Assembly: GCF_009914755.1 (NCBI RefSeq)
Contig: NC_060926.1
Strand: one strand, 5' to 3'
Length of the DNA stretch: 64,000 nucleotides
Origin: the human T2T-CHM13v2.0 reference genome, Homo sapiens
Made by a program: the position numbers and the translations under genes. Positions 16,861 through 32,914 of the stretch are shown here, one piece after another (within the stretch, counting starts at the first letter, position 1; each line of letters opens with the position of its first letter). The notes under the pieces are model-generated. The model made no database searches, was not told the DNA's origin, and saw only the letters and a program-made list of their open reading frames with translations.

Positions 16861-17394
16861 TAGTGTCACTAGTTTTAAAACTAGAGGAATCAAGGCGTCC
16901 CTAATTGGTGCAGAGACATTGGGTTGATAATAGGGAGTGGAGGAGATGGTAGCAGACAACGTGGTAGGTTCTAGATCTTCTAGATGCCCCCACTAATATC
17001 TGGTGACTGTGACTCTGCAAAATCAGTGTGTACCCCGAACTCAGCAACTCTAAAACTGTGTGTCTTGTTTAGCTGAAGTCATTGTCAGAGAAAAAAATCT
17101 AAGGGTTTTATAGATTCCTGTAGCTCCTCTTGCCTGTTTACTCCAGGCTATTGCTGCACAGGCAATAAAGGAAGGATGAAGACAAGGAAATCCTATAGTT
17201 AGGAATGTGCCTTTTGTGATCTAGCCAGCAATCCTCTGAACCCAAGTGGAAATGGCCGCCATTGTTCCCCTGTATTTCCTGCTGCTGAGACAAGGCTGTC
17301 CTCAAGGTGCAGGGAGTTAGATGTTGATGTCAATATGGCGTTGCCACATCTGATTTTCTGCAGAATGGATTATTTAGATTGTTATTTGGAACTA

Positions 17395-17905
<511 letters not shown>

Positions 17906-17941
17906 CTTTTTTTTTAATACTGTAGCGACTCATGCCTGGAC

Positions 17942-18134
17942 CGCCATTCTAACTGGTGTGAGATGGTATCTCATTGTGGTTTTGATTTGCATTTCTCTGA
18001 TGGCCAGTGATGATGAGCATTTTTTCGTGTGTCTGTTGGCTGCATAAATGTCTTCTTTTAACAAGTGTCTGTTCATATCCTTTGCCCACTTTTTGATGGG
18101 GTTGTTTTTTTCTTGTTAATTTGTTTGAGTTCAT
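17942..18134 (-). mobile_element. Internal young L1PA ORF2 fragment without 3'UTR, tail or TSD
   Basis: Nearly identical to the matching parts of the L1PA copies at 21.7-21.9 kb and 50.77-50.94 kb. Confidence 0.88.
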
Positions 18135-20567
18135 AAATTTCATTAGCTATAGGGGTAAAGTGATTTTTGGTTACATGAATGAATTCCATAGCGGTGAAGT
18201 CTGGGCTTTTGGTGTACCCATCACTGAACAATGTACATTGTATTCAATAATTAATTTTTCATCCTTCACTTCCTTCCCACCCTCCCCACTTCTGAATCTC
18301 CAATGTCCGTAAAACCATTCTGTGTGCCTTTTCATACCCATAACTTCGTTTCCATTTATAAATAATAACATGTAGAATGGAAAAACATTTCCATTCCTGG
18401 GTTACTATACTTAGGATAATGGCCTTCAGTTCTATCCAAGTTGCTGGAAAAGACATTGTCATTATTTCATACTTTTTTTGTGGCTGATTACTATTCTATG
18501 TTATGTATGTATATATGTGTGTGTGTGTATATATATACACACACACATACCATAGGACACTTAGGTTGATTTCATATCTTTGCAGTTGTGGATTGTGCTG
18601 CTATAAACATACACTTGCAGGTGCTTCTTGATATAATGACTTCCTTTGGGTAGACACACTCAGCAGTGGGATTGCTCAATTGAATGGTAGATTTATCTAC
18701 TTTTAGTTCTTTGAGAAATCTTCATACTGTTTTCTATAGAGATTGTACCAATTTATATTTCCACCAGCAGTGTATAAGCCTTCCCTTTTCATCACTTCTT
18801 TGCCAAATCTGTTGGTTTTTGACATTTAAATAATAGTCATTCTGATTGGTACAAGGAGGTATCTCATTGTGGTTTTAATTTGCATTTCCCCAAAGATTAG
18901 TGACCTTGAGCTTTTTTTTCATTTTTTTTGCCCATTTGTATATCTTCTTTTAAGAAATGTCATTTATATCATTTGTCCACTTTTTATTGGGATTATTTGT
19001 TTTGTTTTTGCTGATTTCTTTGAGTACCTTGTAGATTCTGGATATTAGTCCTTTTTTGGATGGATAGTTTGCAAATATTTTCTCTGATTCTCTAGATTGT
19101 TTACTATGGTGATCATTTCTTTTTCTCTGCAGAAACTTTCCAGTTTAATTAGATCTCATTTATTTATTTTTGTTTTTGTTGCCTTTGCTTTGGAGTCTTA
19201 GTCATAAATTCTTCACTAGAATGCCCAGAAGAGTTATCCCTAGAGTTTCTTCTAGAATTTTGATGGTTTCAGGTTTTAAATTTAAGTCTTTAATCCATCT
19301 TGAGTTAATTTTTTGTATATGATGAGTGATAGTGATATCAGAAGTGATATTAGAAGATAGTTTTATTCTTCTAAATATGGCCATCCAATTTTCCCAGGAT
19401 CATTTATTGAATAGGGTGTCTTTTCCCCAGTGTAGTTGCCTGCTTTGTTGGAGATCAGTTGGTTTTCAGAATTCAGCTTTATTTCTGGGCTCTCTATTCT
19501 TTTCCATTGGTCTATAGGTCTAACTTTTATACTAGTACCATGCTGTTTTGGTTAATATAGCCTTGTCTTATGATTTGAAGTTAGATGATGTGATGGTTTC
19601 TGATTTGTTCTTTTTACTTAGGATTGTTTGGGCTATTTGGACTTTTCTTGTTCCATGTGAATTTCAGGATTACTTTTTCTAATTCTGTGAGAAATGACAT
19701 TGGTATTTGGATAGCAATTGCATTTAGTCTGTTGATTACTTTGGGCAGTAAGGTCATTTTCCATATGGTTGTGTCATCTGTGATTTCTTTCATCAGTGTT
19801 TTGTAGTTCTTGAAAATATTTTTTACCTACTTGGTTAAGCATATTCCTAGGTGTTTTGTTGTTGTTGTTACAGCTATTGTAAATGGGATTGAGTTCTTGA
19901 TTTGATTCTCAGCTTGGTTGTTATTGGTGTACAGCAGTGCTGCTGATTTGTGTATGTTGATTTGTAACCTGAGACTTTACTAAATCCATTAATCAAATCT
20001 AGGAGTCTTTTCAAAGAGTCTTAATGGTTTTTAGGTATAAGATCATATTATTGGCAGAGATAGTTTGACTTCCTCTTTTTCAATATGGATGCCCTTTATC
20101 TTTCTCTTGCCTTATTGCTCTGGTATGTTCCTTCTATGCCTAGTTTGTTGACATTTTTATCATAAATCAATGCCGATTTTATTAAATGCTTTTTCTGCAT
20201 CTACTGAGACAATCATATGGCTTTGTTTTTCATTCTGTTTATGTGGCAAAGCAGATTTATTTACTAGTATATGTTAAACTATCCTTGCATCCCTTAGATA
20301 AGCCCCATTTGATCATATTAATTATCTTTTTGATGTGCTATTGGATCAGATTGATAGCATTTTGTTAAGAATATGTGCATTGTTATTTATCCAGGGATAT
20401 TGGTGTGTAGTTTTCTTTTTTGTTATGCCCTTTCCTGGCTTTGTAGAATGAGTTAGAGAGGATTTCTATTTTTTCAGTCTTTTGGAATAGTTTCGGTATG
20501 ATTGGTGCCAATTCTTCTTTGAATGTCTGCTAGAATTTGGCTGTGAGTACATCTGGTCCTGGGCTTT

Positions 20568-22273
<1,706 letters not shown>

Positions 22274-22577
22274 CCTTTTTTGCTGGAATTTTTTTTTATT
22301 AGTGATTCAATCTCACTACCTGTTACTGGTCTGTTTAGAATTTCAGTTTCTTCCTGATTGAAGCTTTGGGTGTTGTATGTTTCCAGGAATTTATCCATTA
22401 CCTCTAGATTTTCTACTTTGTGTGCATAGAGGTGTTCATAGTAGTCTCAAATGATCTTTTGTATTTCTGTTGTAATGTCTCTATTTTCATTTCTGATTGA
22501 GATTATTTGGATCTTATCTCTTCTGTTCTTTGTTACTCTAGCTAATGGTCTATCAATTTTATCTTTTCAAAAACCAC

Positions 22578-23707
22578 TTTTTTCAATTTTTATTATAGCT
22601 TAAAGTATACATTTGTAGGTTATTACATGGGTAAATTATATGATACTAAGGTTTGGGATTCCAATGGTCCCATCACCCAGTTCATAAGCATAGTAACCAA
22701 CAGATGGTTCTTCAGACCGTGCCAATCAGAAATTATTTTCATTACTCAGTAGTGGAATTCCTGGGCCAAATGGTAGTTCTATTTGAAGATCTTTGAGAAA
22801 TACCCAAACTGCTTTACACAGTTGCTGAACTAGTTTGCACTCCCACCAACAGATTATAAGCATTTCCTTTTCTCCTCAACCTCATCCACATCTGTTGTTT
22901 TCTGACCTTTGAGTAATAGCCATTCTGACTGGTGTGCAGTGGTATCTCATTGTGGTTTTGAGTTACATTTATTTAATGATTAGTTATGTTGAGCATATTT
23001 TCATGTTTGTTGACTGCTTTTATGTATTCCTTTGCTGTTCATGCCCTTTGCCTATTTTTAATTTAATTATTACTTTATTATTTGTTCATTTGTTTAAGTT
23101 CCTTGTAGTTTCTGGACATTAGACCTTTGTCAGATGTATACTTTGTAAAGATTTTCTTCCATTCTGTAGGCTGTTTACTCTGTTGGTAGTTTCTTTTGCT
23201 GAGTAGATGCTTTTTATTTTAATTAGGTCCCACTTGTTAATTTTAGGGTTTTTTTGCCATTGCTTTTGGGGACTTCACCATAAATTCTTTGCCAAATCAT
23301 ATGTTGAAAAGGGTATTTCCTAGGATTTACTCTAAAATTTTTATAATTTGAGGGCTTACATTTAACTCTGTAATCCATCTGGAGTTCATTTTCATATATG
23401 GTAAGAGGTAGGGGTCCAGTTTCATTCTTCCACATACAGCTAGCCAGTTATCCCAACACCATTTATTGAATAGAGAGTCTTTTCCCTATTGCTTATTTTT
23501 GTTGATTTTGTTAATGATCAGATGGTTGTAGTTGTGCATGTTTACATCTGCCTTCTCTATACTGTTCCACTGGTCTGTGTGTCTGTTTTTGTACCACTAT
23601 TATGCTATTTTCAATACTATAGCCTTATAGTATAATTTCAAGTTGAGCAATGTGATGTCTCTGGCTTTGTTCTTTTTGCTTAACATTGCTTTGGCTATTC
23701 AGGCTCC
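22578..23707 (-). mobile_element. L1PA15/16-like 3' fragment with internal deletion
   Basis: ttacatgggtaaatt...cccatcacccag...agcatagtaaccaa 3'UTR, then ORF2. Confidence 0.7.
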
Positions 23708-23973
23708 TTTTTTTTTATTCTTCAGTATAATTTTTTTTGAGATGGGTGCCACTCTGTCACTCAGGCTGGAGTGCAGTGGTGCAATCACAACTCACTGCAG
23801 CCTTGACCTCCCCAGGCGCAGGTGATACTCCTACCTCATTTTTTGTATTTTTAGTAGAGACACAGTTTTGCCATGTAGTTCAGGCTGGTTTTGAACTCCT
23901 GGGCTCAAGTGAACCACCTGCTTTGGCCTCCCAAAGTGCTGGGATTACAGGCATGAGTCATTGCGCCCGGTCT
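23708..23973 (-). mobile_element. AluJ with internal deletion
   Basis: ctcactgcagccttgacctccc, gaactcctgggctcaag; lacks the segment between ctcctacctca and tttttgta. Confidence 0.88.
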
Positions 23974-24039
23974 CGGGCTCTAATTAGATAATCAACATTT
24001 CGTTTAATTGGTCCAGTGTTCCAACTATTCAGATAAGAC

Positions 24040-24530
24040 AAGCACCTCATTCCATATGCAAAAATGAAGATGTTTCATGTAGAGATTGTGACTCTATCAT
24101 TCCTACAAAATGAGCTCAGAGGACACTCCTCCTGTAGGGATACGGTCAACTTACAGTGCTCCAGAAAGGCTGTCTACACCCACAGTTGCACCCACAGTTG
24201 CACCCACAGTTGCACCCACAGTGAGCTCCTGTGGGAGAAACCCCAGCTGTGTCTGCAGTGGTGGGTTAAGAGCAGAAGAACTACCCTTCTCCAAGTCCTT
24301 TCACAAGCACCACGGCTGCCTGACAGCTAGGGAAGAACCACATTTTTTCCCCACTGAGCCTAGCATTGTATTAGTGCCTCTGCTGAAAGAGGCTTCCCAC
24401 AAGCAGAGAGATTTGGGACTCAAGGCCTTTACTCTGGTTTATTTTGTCCCACGGGGTATTCCCTTGGTGTGGTGCACATTCCTTCTTCTGTGAGTGGAGG
24501 CTCTGAGGGCCAGACTACCGTTAATCCATT
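24040..24530 (-). mobile_element. L1PB-type 5'UTR fragment
   Basis: gtcccacggggtattcccttggtgtggtgc and gagggccagactac motifs. Confidence 0.55.
24177..24222. repeat. 12-bp tandem repeat CACCCACAGTTG x3.8
   Basis: Direct reading; perfect copies. Confidence 0.95.
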
Positions 24531-24599
24531 TGTTTTAATATGTAATATTATGTTTACTTAAAATTTTCTGAATAGTTTATAAAGTTTCAATTTCCATTT

Positions 24600-27500
24600 T
24601 CTACAATAATTATCTGAAGTGTTTTAAATAATCTTACTGATTAGATATTTATTGTGTACATTTCCTTTGGTATTTCTGCTATCACATGCATTCTAATAAA
24701 AATGTGCATTTTTCACACACTGGAATTTCTTAGGTTTTAATTTCGTTAGCATACATATTATAAATATTTTGATTTATTCTGATTCTTGAAAGAAGAGTGG
24801 TAGTTTCCTTATGAATATGAATATACACATGATTATGAGTGTGCAAGTCCTTTTCTGGAAAAGGTTATATTTATTTTTGATAAATATATAGGTAACTAAT
24901 CCATGCATAATTTGATAAGTGTATGTTTACATTTATAAGAAACTGCCAAAGAGTTTTCAAAACTGGTTGGACCAATTTAAACATTCATAACCAATGCATG
25001 AGAGTTTAAATTGCTCCATAAATTGACACTCATTTGATATTCTAAAATTGTTACTCTGTGTGTGTGAAATAGTATCTCATTGTAGTCTTAATTTGCATTT
25101 CTATTATAATTAATGCTGCAAAGCATTTTTACATGCTTAGTGCACATGCATATATCTCCCTTTTGATGTTTCTGTTCAAGTATTTTGACCATTTTTATTG
25201 AGGTGATTATCTTAAAATGATTGAGATATATATATATACAAGTCACTTACAGATATATGTATTCTAAATATTTTACCCCATGCTATTTTAAATTCTAAAT
25301 TCTAAATTTCTAAATATTTTACCCCATGCTTCTGTAAGTACACAAGTCACTTACAGATATATGTATTCTAAATATTTTACCCCATGCTATTTTTGGTACA
25401 TATTTTAAAGACTTTTTAAAACATTTTGAAATATAGTTTATAAATAGTACATTTTAAATGAGTAAAATATTTTAGTATTAATGAGTTAAATGTATTGACT
25501 TATATTTGTTAATGCATTTAGATATATTGATTTCATTCTATGTGATGTACTATTTATGATTCTTCTTTTTCTAGTATCTTCTCCAAAAATGTCTTTGCCC
25601 AACCCAAGATAATGAAGAAATACGTTTATATTTTTCCATAGAAATTATATATATTTAGATTTTATAATTAAGTCGGTGATCAAATTTAGAATTATTTGCA
25701 TTATATTTAGTAGTTCAGGTTTTTATTTTTAATTTTTTTCAATATAGATATCTAGTTGTTCTAACTTTTTGTGAAAGTACAATACTTTCCTGACTAAATT
25801 ACTTGGTTATCTTTGACAAAAATAAAGTAATATGTAGATGGTTTAAGTCTGGCCTAACTATTCAACTACATTGTACTATTTGTCTATATTTTACTGTCAG
25901 AATTACTCTGTGTTGATAAATTTTATTTTATAGTAAGTCTTAAAATCAGATAGTGTACTCATCTAGCTCTTTCAAATTGTTTTAACAAAAATTGATTTGA
26001 ATATTTCAGTTTTTTGCCTTTCCATATAAATATTGTAATCAACTAGTCAATTTCTAAAGAAGAATATGGATCAAATTTTAGTTGGTGCTTCATTAAACCT
26101 ATAGATCAATTTGGAACAAATTTACATGCTAAGAATATTTAGCTTCCTCATCCATGAACATGGTATAATTTCTTGCCTTATTAACCTGGCTAGAACCTCT
26201 TGGACAATGTTGAATATGGTGACATAAGTGGAAATCCTTGTCTTAGTTCTGATCTTATGGAGAAGGCACCTAATCTTTTGTCATTAGATGTGATGCTACC
26301 TGTGGGTTATTTATAGATGTATTTTATCAAGTTAAGGTGATTTACATCTATTAAGAATTTGTTGAGTGTTTTTTTTATTATACTTTAAATTCTGGGATAC
26401 ATGTGCAGAATGTGCAGGTTTGTTACATAGGTATACACGTGCCATGGTGGTCTGCTGCACCCATCAACCCATTATCTACATTAGGCATTTCTCCTAATGC
26501 TATCCCTCCCCTAGTCCTCCACTCTGCGACAGACCCCATTGTGTGATGTTCCCCTCCCTGTGTCCATGTGTTCTCACTGTTAGCTCCCACTTATGATTGA
26601 GAACACATGGTGTTTGGTTTTCTGTTCCTGTGTTAGTTTGCTGAGAATGATGGTTTCCAGTTTCATCCATGTCCCTGCAAAGGACACGAACTCATCCTGT
26701 TTTTATGGCTGCGTAGTATTCCATGGTGTATATGTGTCACATTTTCTTTATTGAGTCTGTCATTGATGGGCATTTGGACTGGTTCCAAGTCTTTGCTATT
26801 ATGAATAGTCCTGCAATAAACATACGTGTGCATGTGTCTTTATAGTAGAATTATTTATAATCCTTTGGCTATATACCCAGTAATGGGATTGCTGTGTCAA
26901 ATGGTACTTCTAGTTCTAGATCCTTGAGGAATTGCCACACTGTCTTCTACAATGGTTGAACTAATTTACACTCCCACCAACAGTGTAAAAGCATTCCTAT
27001 TTCTCCACGTCCTCTCCAGCATCTGTTGTTTCCTGACTTTTAATGATTGCCATTCTACCTGGCATAAGATGATAACTCATTGTGGTTTTGATTAGCATTT
27101 CTCTAATGAGTAGAATATGATTGATATTTTAATTGCTTTTTCTGTGTCTATTGTGATGATCATGTGGGTTTTGTCTTTTATTTTATATACTAATATACCA
27201 CATTATGTCTATTAAGTGCATTATAATACATGACTTTTAAATGTTAAACCAACCTTGTATTGCTGGTACAAATCTCACTTGATCATAATATATATCCCTT
27301 TCAATGTGTTGCTGGATTATTATTGCAAGTAGTTTTGAGGGGTTTTCTGTATATATTCATACGAGATGTAAATTTTCATATAGACGTGAACTCCATCCTC
27401 TGATACCTCAGGCCAGAAGACCGATGATTTCTGCCTGAGTTCTAAATGACCTGCACTGTATGTACCAAAGAGAAAACTTTGATGGAAAAGCAGTCTAAAT

Positions 27501-27610
27501 GTTAAATTCACTCAGTTTACTTGCCTTATGTTAAATCCTTTATTTTCTGTATTTTCCCCCCTCCCATTTCTTTAAATAGTTAATTTTTTATAATTTGTAC
27601 AAAGTTTATT
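24600..27610 (-). mobile_element. Old L1M ORF2/3' fragments (host of the L1PA7-like copy)
   Basis: agaaactgccaaa, atctcattgtagtcttaatttgcatttc, acaatgttgaata landmarks. Confidence 0.7.
26369..27109 (-). mobile_element. L1PA7-like 3' end, 5'-truncated
   Basis: ttctgggatacatgtgcagaatgtgcagg...ccatcaacccattatctacattagg. Confidence 0.9.
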
Positions 27611-27641
27611 GCTGTTATCTTCAAGGAAGCTCATCACCAGC

Positions 27642-28080
27642 TTGATTTCACATCTTTGCTGTTGTGAATAGCGCTGCAATGAACATACGAATACGTATGT
27701 CTGAAGGATTGGATAAAGAAAATGTGTTACATATATACCAGGAAACACCACGTAGCCATGAAAAGAATGAAATCATGTCTTTTGAAGCAACTTAGATGGA
27801 GCTGGAGGTCATTATCCTAAGTGAATTAATGCAAGAACAGAATACCAAATACTGCAAGTTCTCAGTTATAAGTGGGAGCTAAACACTGGGTACTCACGGA
27901 AATAAGATGGCAGCAGTAGATAGTGGGGACTCCTAGGTTGGGGGAGAGTGTGGTAAAGGTTGAAAAACTGTTGGGTACTATGCTCAGTATGTGGGTGACA
28001 GGATCATTTGTACTTCAAACCTCAGCATCACACAGTATACCCAGGTAACAAACCTACACATATATCCAAGGAGAAAAAAA
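27642..28080 (+). mobile_element. L1PA15/16-like 3' end with a 5' inversion of about 60 bp (27642-27702)
   Basis: Antisense ctttgctgttgtgaatagcgctgcaatgaacata precedes sense ggattggataaagaaaatgtg...aacctcagcatcac. Confidence 0.8.
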
Positions 28081-28829
28081 TTATGAACAAAATTTGGTAA
28101 ATTATGCTTTTTGATTATATCTTGTTATGCATTATATTTTATTTCCTGAATACAGAATATTTACATTTATATAGTTTTTCTCAATATTGTGACTTTTACT
28201 ATTTACCTAATTTTAATGTCTTAACAACATTGCGACTAATTTTTAACTCCATGAAGATGCTGTTCCCCAAAATTCTTAGAGATTTATCCTGACTGATACT
28301 ATTATCAGGCATGTTTATGGGTTTGAGTCCCAGAAGATTTTATAGGAAAAACTAAAAAAAAAAAAAAAATTAAGAGAAGAAGAATGAAAGAATAGGAAAA
28401 TTAACTTGTAACAAAAATAAACCCTCAGTGTAAAATTTCATATGTGAAAAAATTTAATGATAAAATTAAAATATGATGTCATAACATTAAGATAAAATTT
28501 ATTTTATAAAACATTAAAATACACATGATATGAATGTATTAAATGGTAATAAAGGTATTTCCAGGAAAAAATAAGAAAATAATTGTGGGAAAAAAACTGA
28601 AATGACAATAATTGGGTGTAATAAATAAAGTGGCAAATATTTTAGAAATAAAAAATGTAATTAAAAAATAAAACTGCAATTAATATGACAAATGCTATAC
28701 CAGAATAAGACAGGGAATAAACTGATAAACTTGAAAATAGTTCTTAACAATTCAATGAGAAGGCAGTGCAGAAAACCCAAAAATGTTTCAGATATTTAGG
28801 AAACAAACCATCTTGAACATGGTGCTTAT

Positions 28830-30197
28830 ATTTTTGAATTAATATTTTAAATTTACAAATTATAACTATATACATTTAAGGGGTACAGTGTAATATTTTG
28901 ATACATGTATACAATGTAGAATGATTAAATCAAGCCATTAACGTATCCATCACCTTATTTACCTATCTTTTTTATGATGAGACATTTGAAAGTTACTCTC
29001 TTATTTTGAAATATACAATACATTGTTTTTGACCATAGTCATCCTGCTGTGAAAAAAATTTCATAACTTATTCTTCCTGTCGATCTTCACTTTATACCAT
29101 TTGGTCAACAACTTTCTATTCCTTTCCTCTCTTTCCCCAGCCTCTGGTTATCATTCTATCCACTACTCCTATTGGATAAACTTTCTTAGATTCCACATAC
29201 AAGTAAGATCGTGTGTTATTTTTCTTTCTGTGTGTGGCTTATTTCACTTGATATAATGTCCCCTAGGTTCATCCATTTTGACATAAATAGCAGGATTTTC
29301 TTCTTTTTAAAGGGTGAATACTATTTCACTGTGTATACATACCACATTTGCTTTAGCCATTCATCTTTTGATGGACACTTAGTTTCTTTTCATTTCTTAC
29401 CTATTGTGAATAATGCTGCAGTGGACATAGAAGTGCAGATACCCCTTCAACATATTGATTTCAATGCCTTTGAATATATACCAGAAATGAAATTACTAAA
29501 TGATATGATAGTTTACATTAGTTTTCAGAGGAACTTTCATACCGTTTTGCATAATAAGTGCACTAATTTACATTTCCACCAACAGCTACAAGCGTTCCCA
29601 TTTTTCCACATCCTCGCCAGGAGTTACCTTTCATCTTTTTTATAGAAACCATTCTAATGGGTGTGAGGTGATATCCCATTGTGGTTTTGATTGGTATGTT
29701 CTTAATGATTAGTGATGCTGGGCTTTTTTTTTTTTTTTTTTTCTTGAGACGGGATCTCGCTCTGTCGCCAGGCTGGAGTGTAGTGGCACAATCTTGACTC
29801 ACTGCAACTTCCACCCATGGGTTGAAGCGATTCTCCTGCCTCAGCCTACCAAGTAGCTGGGTCTACAGGCATGCGCCACCAAACCCAGCTAATTTTTGTA
29901 TTTTTAGTAGAGAAGAGGTTTCATCATGTTGGCCAGGACAGTCTCCATCTCCTGACCTCGTGATTCACCCGCCTTGGCCTCCCAAAGTGCTGGGATTAAA
30001 GGTGTGAGCCACTGCGCCTGGCCTGATACTGGGCATTTTTTTCATGTACCTGTTGGCCATTTGGATTTCTTCTTTTAAGAAATGTCTGTTTGGGACCTTT
30101 GCCCATTTTCTAATCAGGTTATTTGTTTTCTTACTATTGAGTTGTTTGAGTTCTTTATATATTTTGGATATTAATCCATTATAAGATGTATGGTCTT
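28830..30197 (-). mobile_element. L1MA 3' end split by an Alu
   Basis: tttgatacatgtatacaatgtagaatgattaaatcaagc L1MA-type 3'UTR. Confidence 0.8.
29724..30023 (-). mobile_element. AluSc-like
   Basis: Full dimer; TSD tgatgctgggc/tgatactgggc. Confidence 0.93.
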
Positions 30198-30771
30198 TGA
30201 TGTGATGTTTATATTAAGGAGATACAAATTTTATCTAACAAATCTCAGAAGAACAAAATGGAACACATGCTGGAGAAAACTATTTGAAATATAAGCAAAG
30301 AATTTCCTAAAATTAAAGAAATATGTAAGTCTTCAGTTTGAACATTTTTTTAAGAACAGAGCAAGTATTTATGTGGGAAAATACTTAACATATGTATGTA
30401 TTGAAAGTAAATGCTGAAAATCAAGAATTAATATTAACAGACATTCTTAAAGACTATAAGGAAAATTACAGATTTTCAACAGTATTTTTAAATAAAACTT
30501 ACCAGTTGATTGTCAATGTTAATATATAAATGGAAAGTGCCATGAAAAACAAATATATTTAATGAAAAGAAGAACATGTTAAGGGGGTTGCTCTAACAGA
30601 TATCAAAATAATCATAATGGCTTACATACTAAAGCATTGTGATTAGTGCAGCAATAAACATAAAGATCAATATAAGCCATATACAGACTCACACACTTTT
30701 ACAAACTTGATAGATGACTAGCCATACATTACAGATAAGGGGAGAAAGGAATAATATTTTTTATTTATTCA

Positions 30772-30983
30772 CTTTTTTATTTTTATTTTATTTTATTTAA
30801 GTTCCAGGATACACATGCAGAATGTGCAGGTTTGTTACATAGGTATACATGTGCCATGGTGGTTTCCTGCACCTATCAATCTGTCATCTAGGTTTTAAGT
30901 CCTGCATTAATTATGTATTTGTCCTAATGCTCTCTCTCCCCTTGCTTCTGAGCCCCTGATAGGCCCCAGTGTGTATTGTTCCT
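30772..30983 (-). mobile_element. Short L1PA (about PA8-13) 3' end
   Basis: ttaagttccaggatacacatgcagaatgtgcagg...tgtcatctaggttttaag. Confidence 0.85.
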
Positions 30984-31020
30984 CTAAAAAGGAAGGATAT
31001 TTTAAAAATATATCAGAATG

Positions 31021-31330
31021 AACCAGGCAAGGTGATTTGAGCTTGTAATCCCAGCTACTCAGGAGGCTGAGTGGGGAAGATTGCTTGACACCAGGAGTTT
31101 GAGACCAGTCTGAGCGACATAGTGAGACCCTACCTTTAAAAAACAATTTTTTTTTAAGTAGCTGAGTATGATGGCATGGGCCTGTAGTTGTAGCTACTCA
31201 GGAAGCTGGGCGGAGAGATCAATTGAGCCCAGAAATTTGAGGCTACAGTGAGCTATGATCACGCCACTGTGCTCCAGCCTAGGTGAAAGAACAAGTCCCC
31301 GACTCTAAAATTAAAAAAATAAATAAAATA
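31021..31330 (+). mobile_element. AluJo-like
   Basis: Diverged dimer; gaggctacagtgagctatgatc. Confidence 0.88.
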
Positions 31331-32539
31331 TTAGAGTGACTCTCTATTCAAAACGAAATTGTATCTGTACTGGCACTCTGTACAAAAATCAATTCTAGAT
31401 TAATTAAAACATAAATGAGTAAGGAAAACTTTGATATTAAAGGAGAATTTTTTTTCATATTGGCGTAAGTAAAATTTTCTTCAACAGACCACAAAACATT
31501 AATTCATTAAGAAAAATATTATTTCAACTGTATTAAAATTAGTGGTCAATTCATTTTAGAGAGTGAAAATTTGAACCAAAGAGTGAAAAAAGATACTTGC
31601 CATCTACATCATTGTTATCAAATGTGTAACAAAACACCTACAGATAAATTATAAAAGACAAGCAGTAAAAATATGGGGAAAAGGCAAAAAGATAAATTTT
31701 ATGATAGGGAAAATCTGGATTAAAAAATAAATTACATGTATGACCTAAAAAGTATACCTTTTATACGACTGTATTGGCAAAATCTTAAAATCCGATACTA
31801 TAAAATGATGGTTATGATGGAAAGCAATGGGAACCCTCAGAGTCTGTAAGTTGGAGTATGAATTGCGAAAACCATTTAGAAAACCTTTTTGGGTTAGCTA
31901 GCAAAAATAAAGAAACATGTGCCCTATAAGAATATTATTTTCTTATAAGAAACATACACGCAATTACAACAATTTGCATATAAAAGCAAAAAGTGAACAA
32001 AACATATGTCCATTGTCAAGAGAAAGACTAGAATTTATATATTCACTCCACTGAATACTCTACAATGCCTAAAATGAATGAAAAGAAGTATTTACATAAA
32101 CGTACATAACACAAATGTAATATTGAGCATTATAAACAAACAATATTGAAATCAATGAAAGGATTTCTACCTCCATAAAGTTTTAAACATGCACACAAAC
32201 TTTATAATGTCAATGATATATTCCTATATAGTTATGGTGTAAAACGTGTGGAAATAATAAATAGTGAATTCAAGACCCTGATTCTAATTTAAATGTTAAA
32301 TTTTCTCCTTTTTGAAAAAGGAGCAAAAGGAATTAAAGCAAAAGAAAAACTTTTACTACAAACAAATGTGTTCTTTTTATAATTCTTTAGTTTTTACTCT
32401 GCTTAATTACATAATAAGAAATTTGTTTGAAGACAAAAATAAAAGTGGCAGACCCTGGAGTTTGGAGTGTTTTGAGTATTCCTTCTTAATACATGTGTTG
32501 CTCTGCCTCCCTTCTGGTTTATGATGCTTACCTGCTTCA

Positions 32540-32610
32540 TGTATTAGTTTCTGATTGCTGCTGTAACAAACTGCCACAAACTTAGTGGCTTAGAACCAAA
32601 CAAATATATT
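32540..32610 (-). mobile_element. MLT1 LTR terminal fragment
   Basis: tgtattagtttctgattgctgctgtaacaaactgccacaaacttagtggctta. Confidence 0.75.
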
Positions 32611-32914
32611 TCAAATTTTGATGAAGCTCAATTTAATTTGTTTTGTCAATCAGCCCTGCTCTAGATGATAATTTACCAGAGAATAAGAATCACACATATA
32701 TGCATGTGTGTATTTAAATTTAAAAATTATTTCTCTGTTTTAATTCTTTTATCTGCAAAAATTGTATTTTGCCTAGCTCTAAATCAATGAGCACACAAAG
32801 TTCTTCCTAATAGCACATACCTATGAAAAAAAAACAAACAAAAAGAAGGTAAGAAAAGGGAATAGAAATGAAAAAAATAGGAGAAGAAAAGAGAAGAAAT
32901 GAAAAGCTACTTTT

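Larger units (their letters stand above)
30200..32300 (+). mobile_element. Old L1ME-like fragments (continuing ORF1-like pieces at about 28.5-28.8 kb)
   Basis: A-rich diverged sense L1 (tacaaaaatcaattctagat, ggaaagcaatgggaaccctca). Confidence 0.5.

Noticed and set aside
24177-25393. Short direct repeats as a CRISPR-like array
   Set aside because: Primate DNA; the repeats are tandem or locally templated, with no unique spacers and no cas genes.
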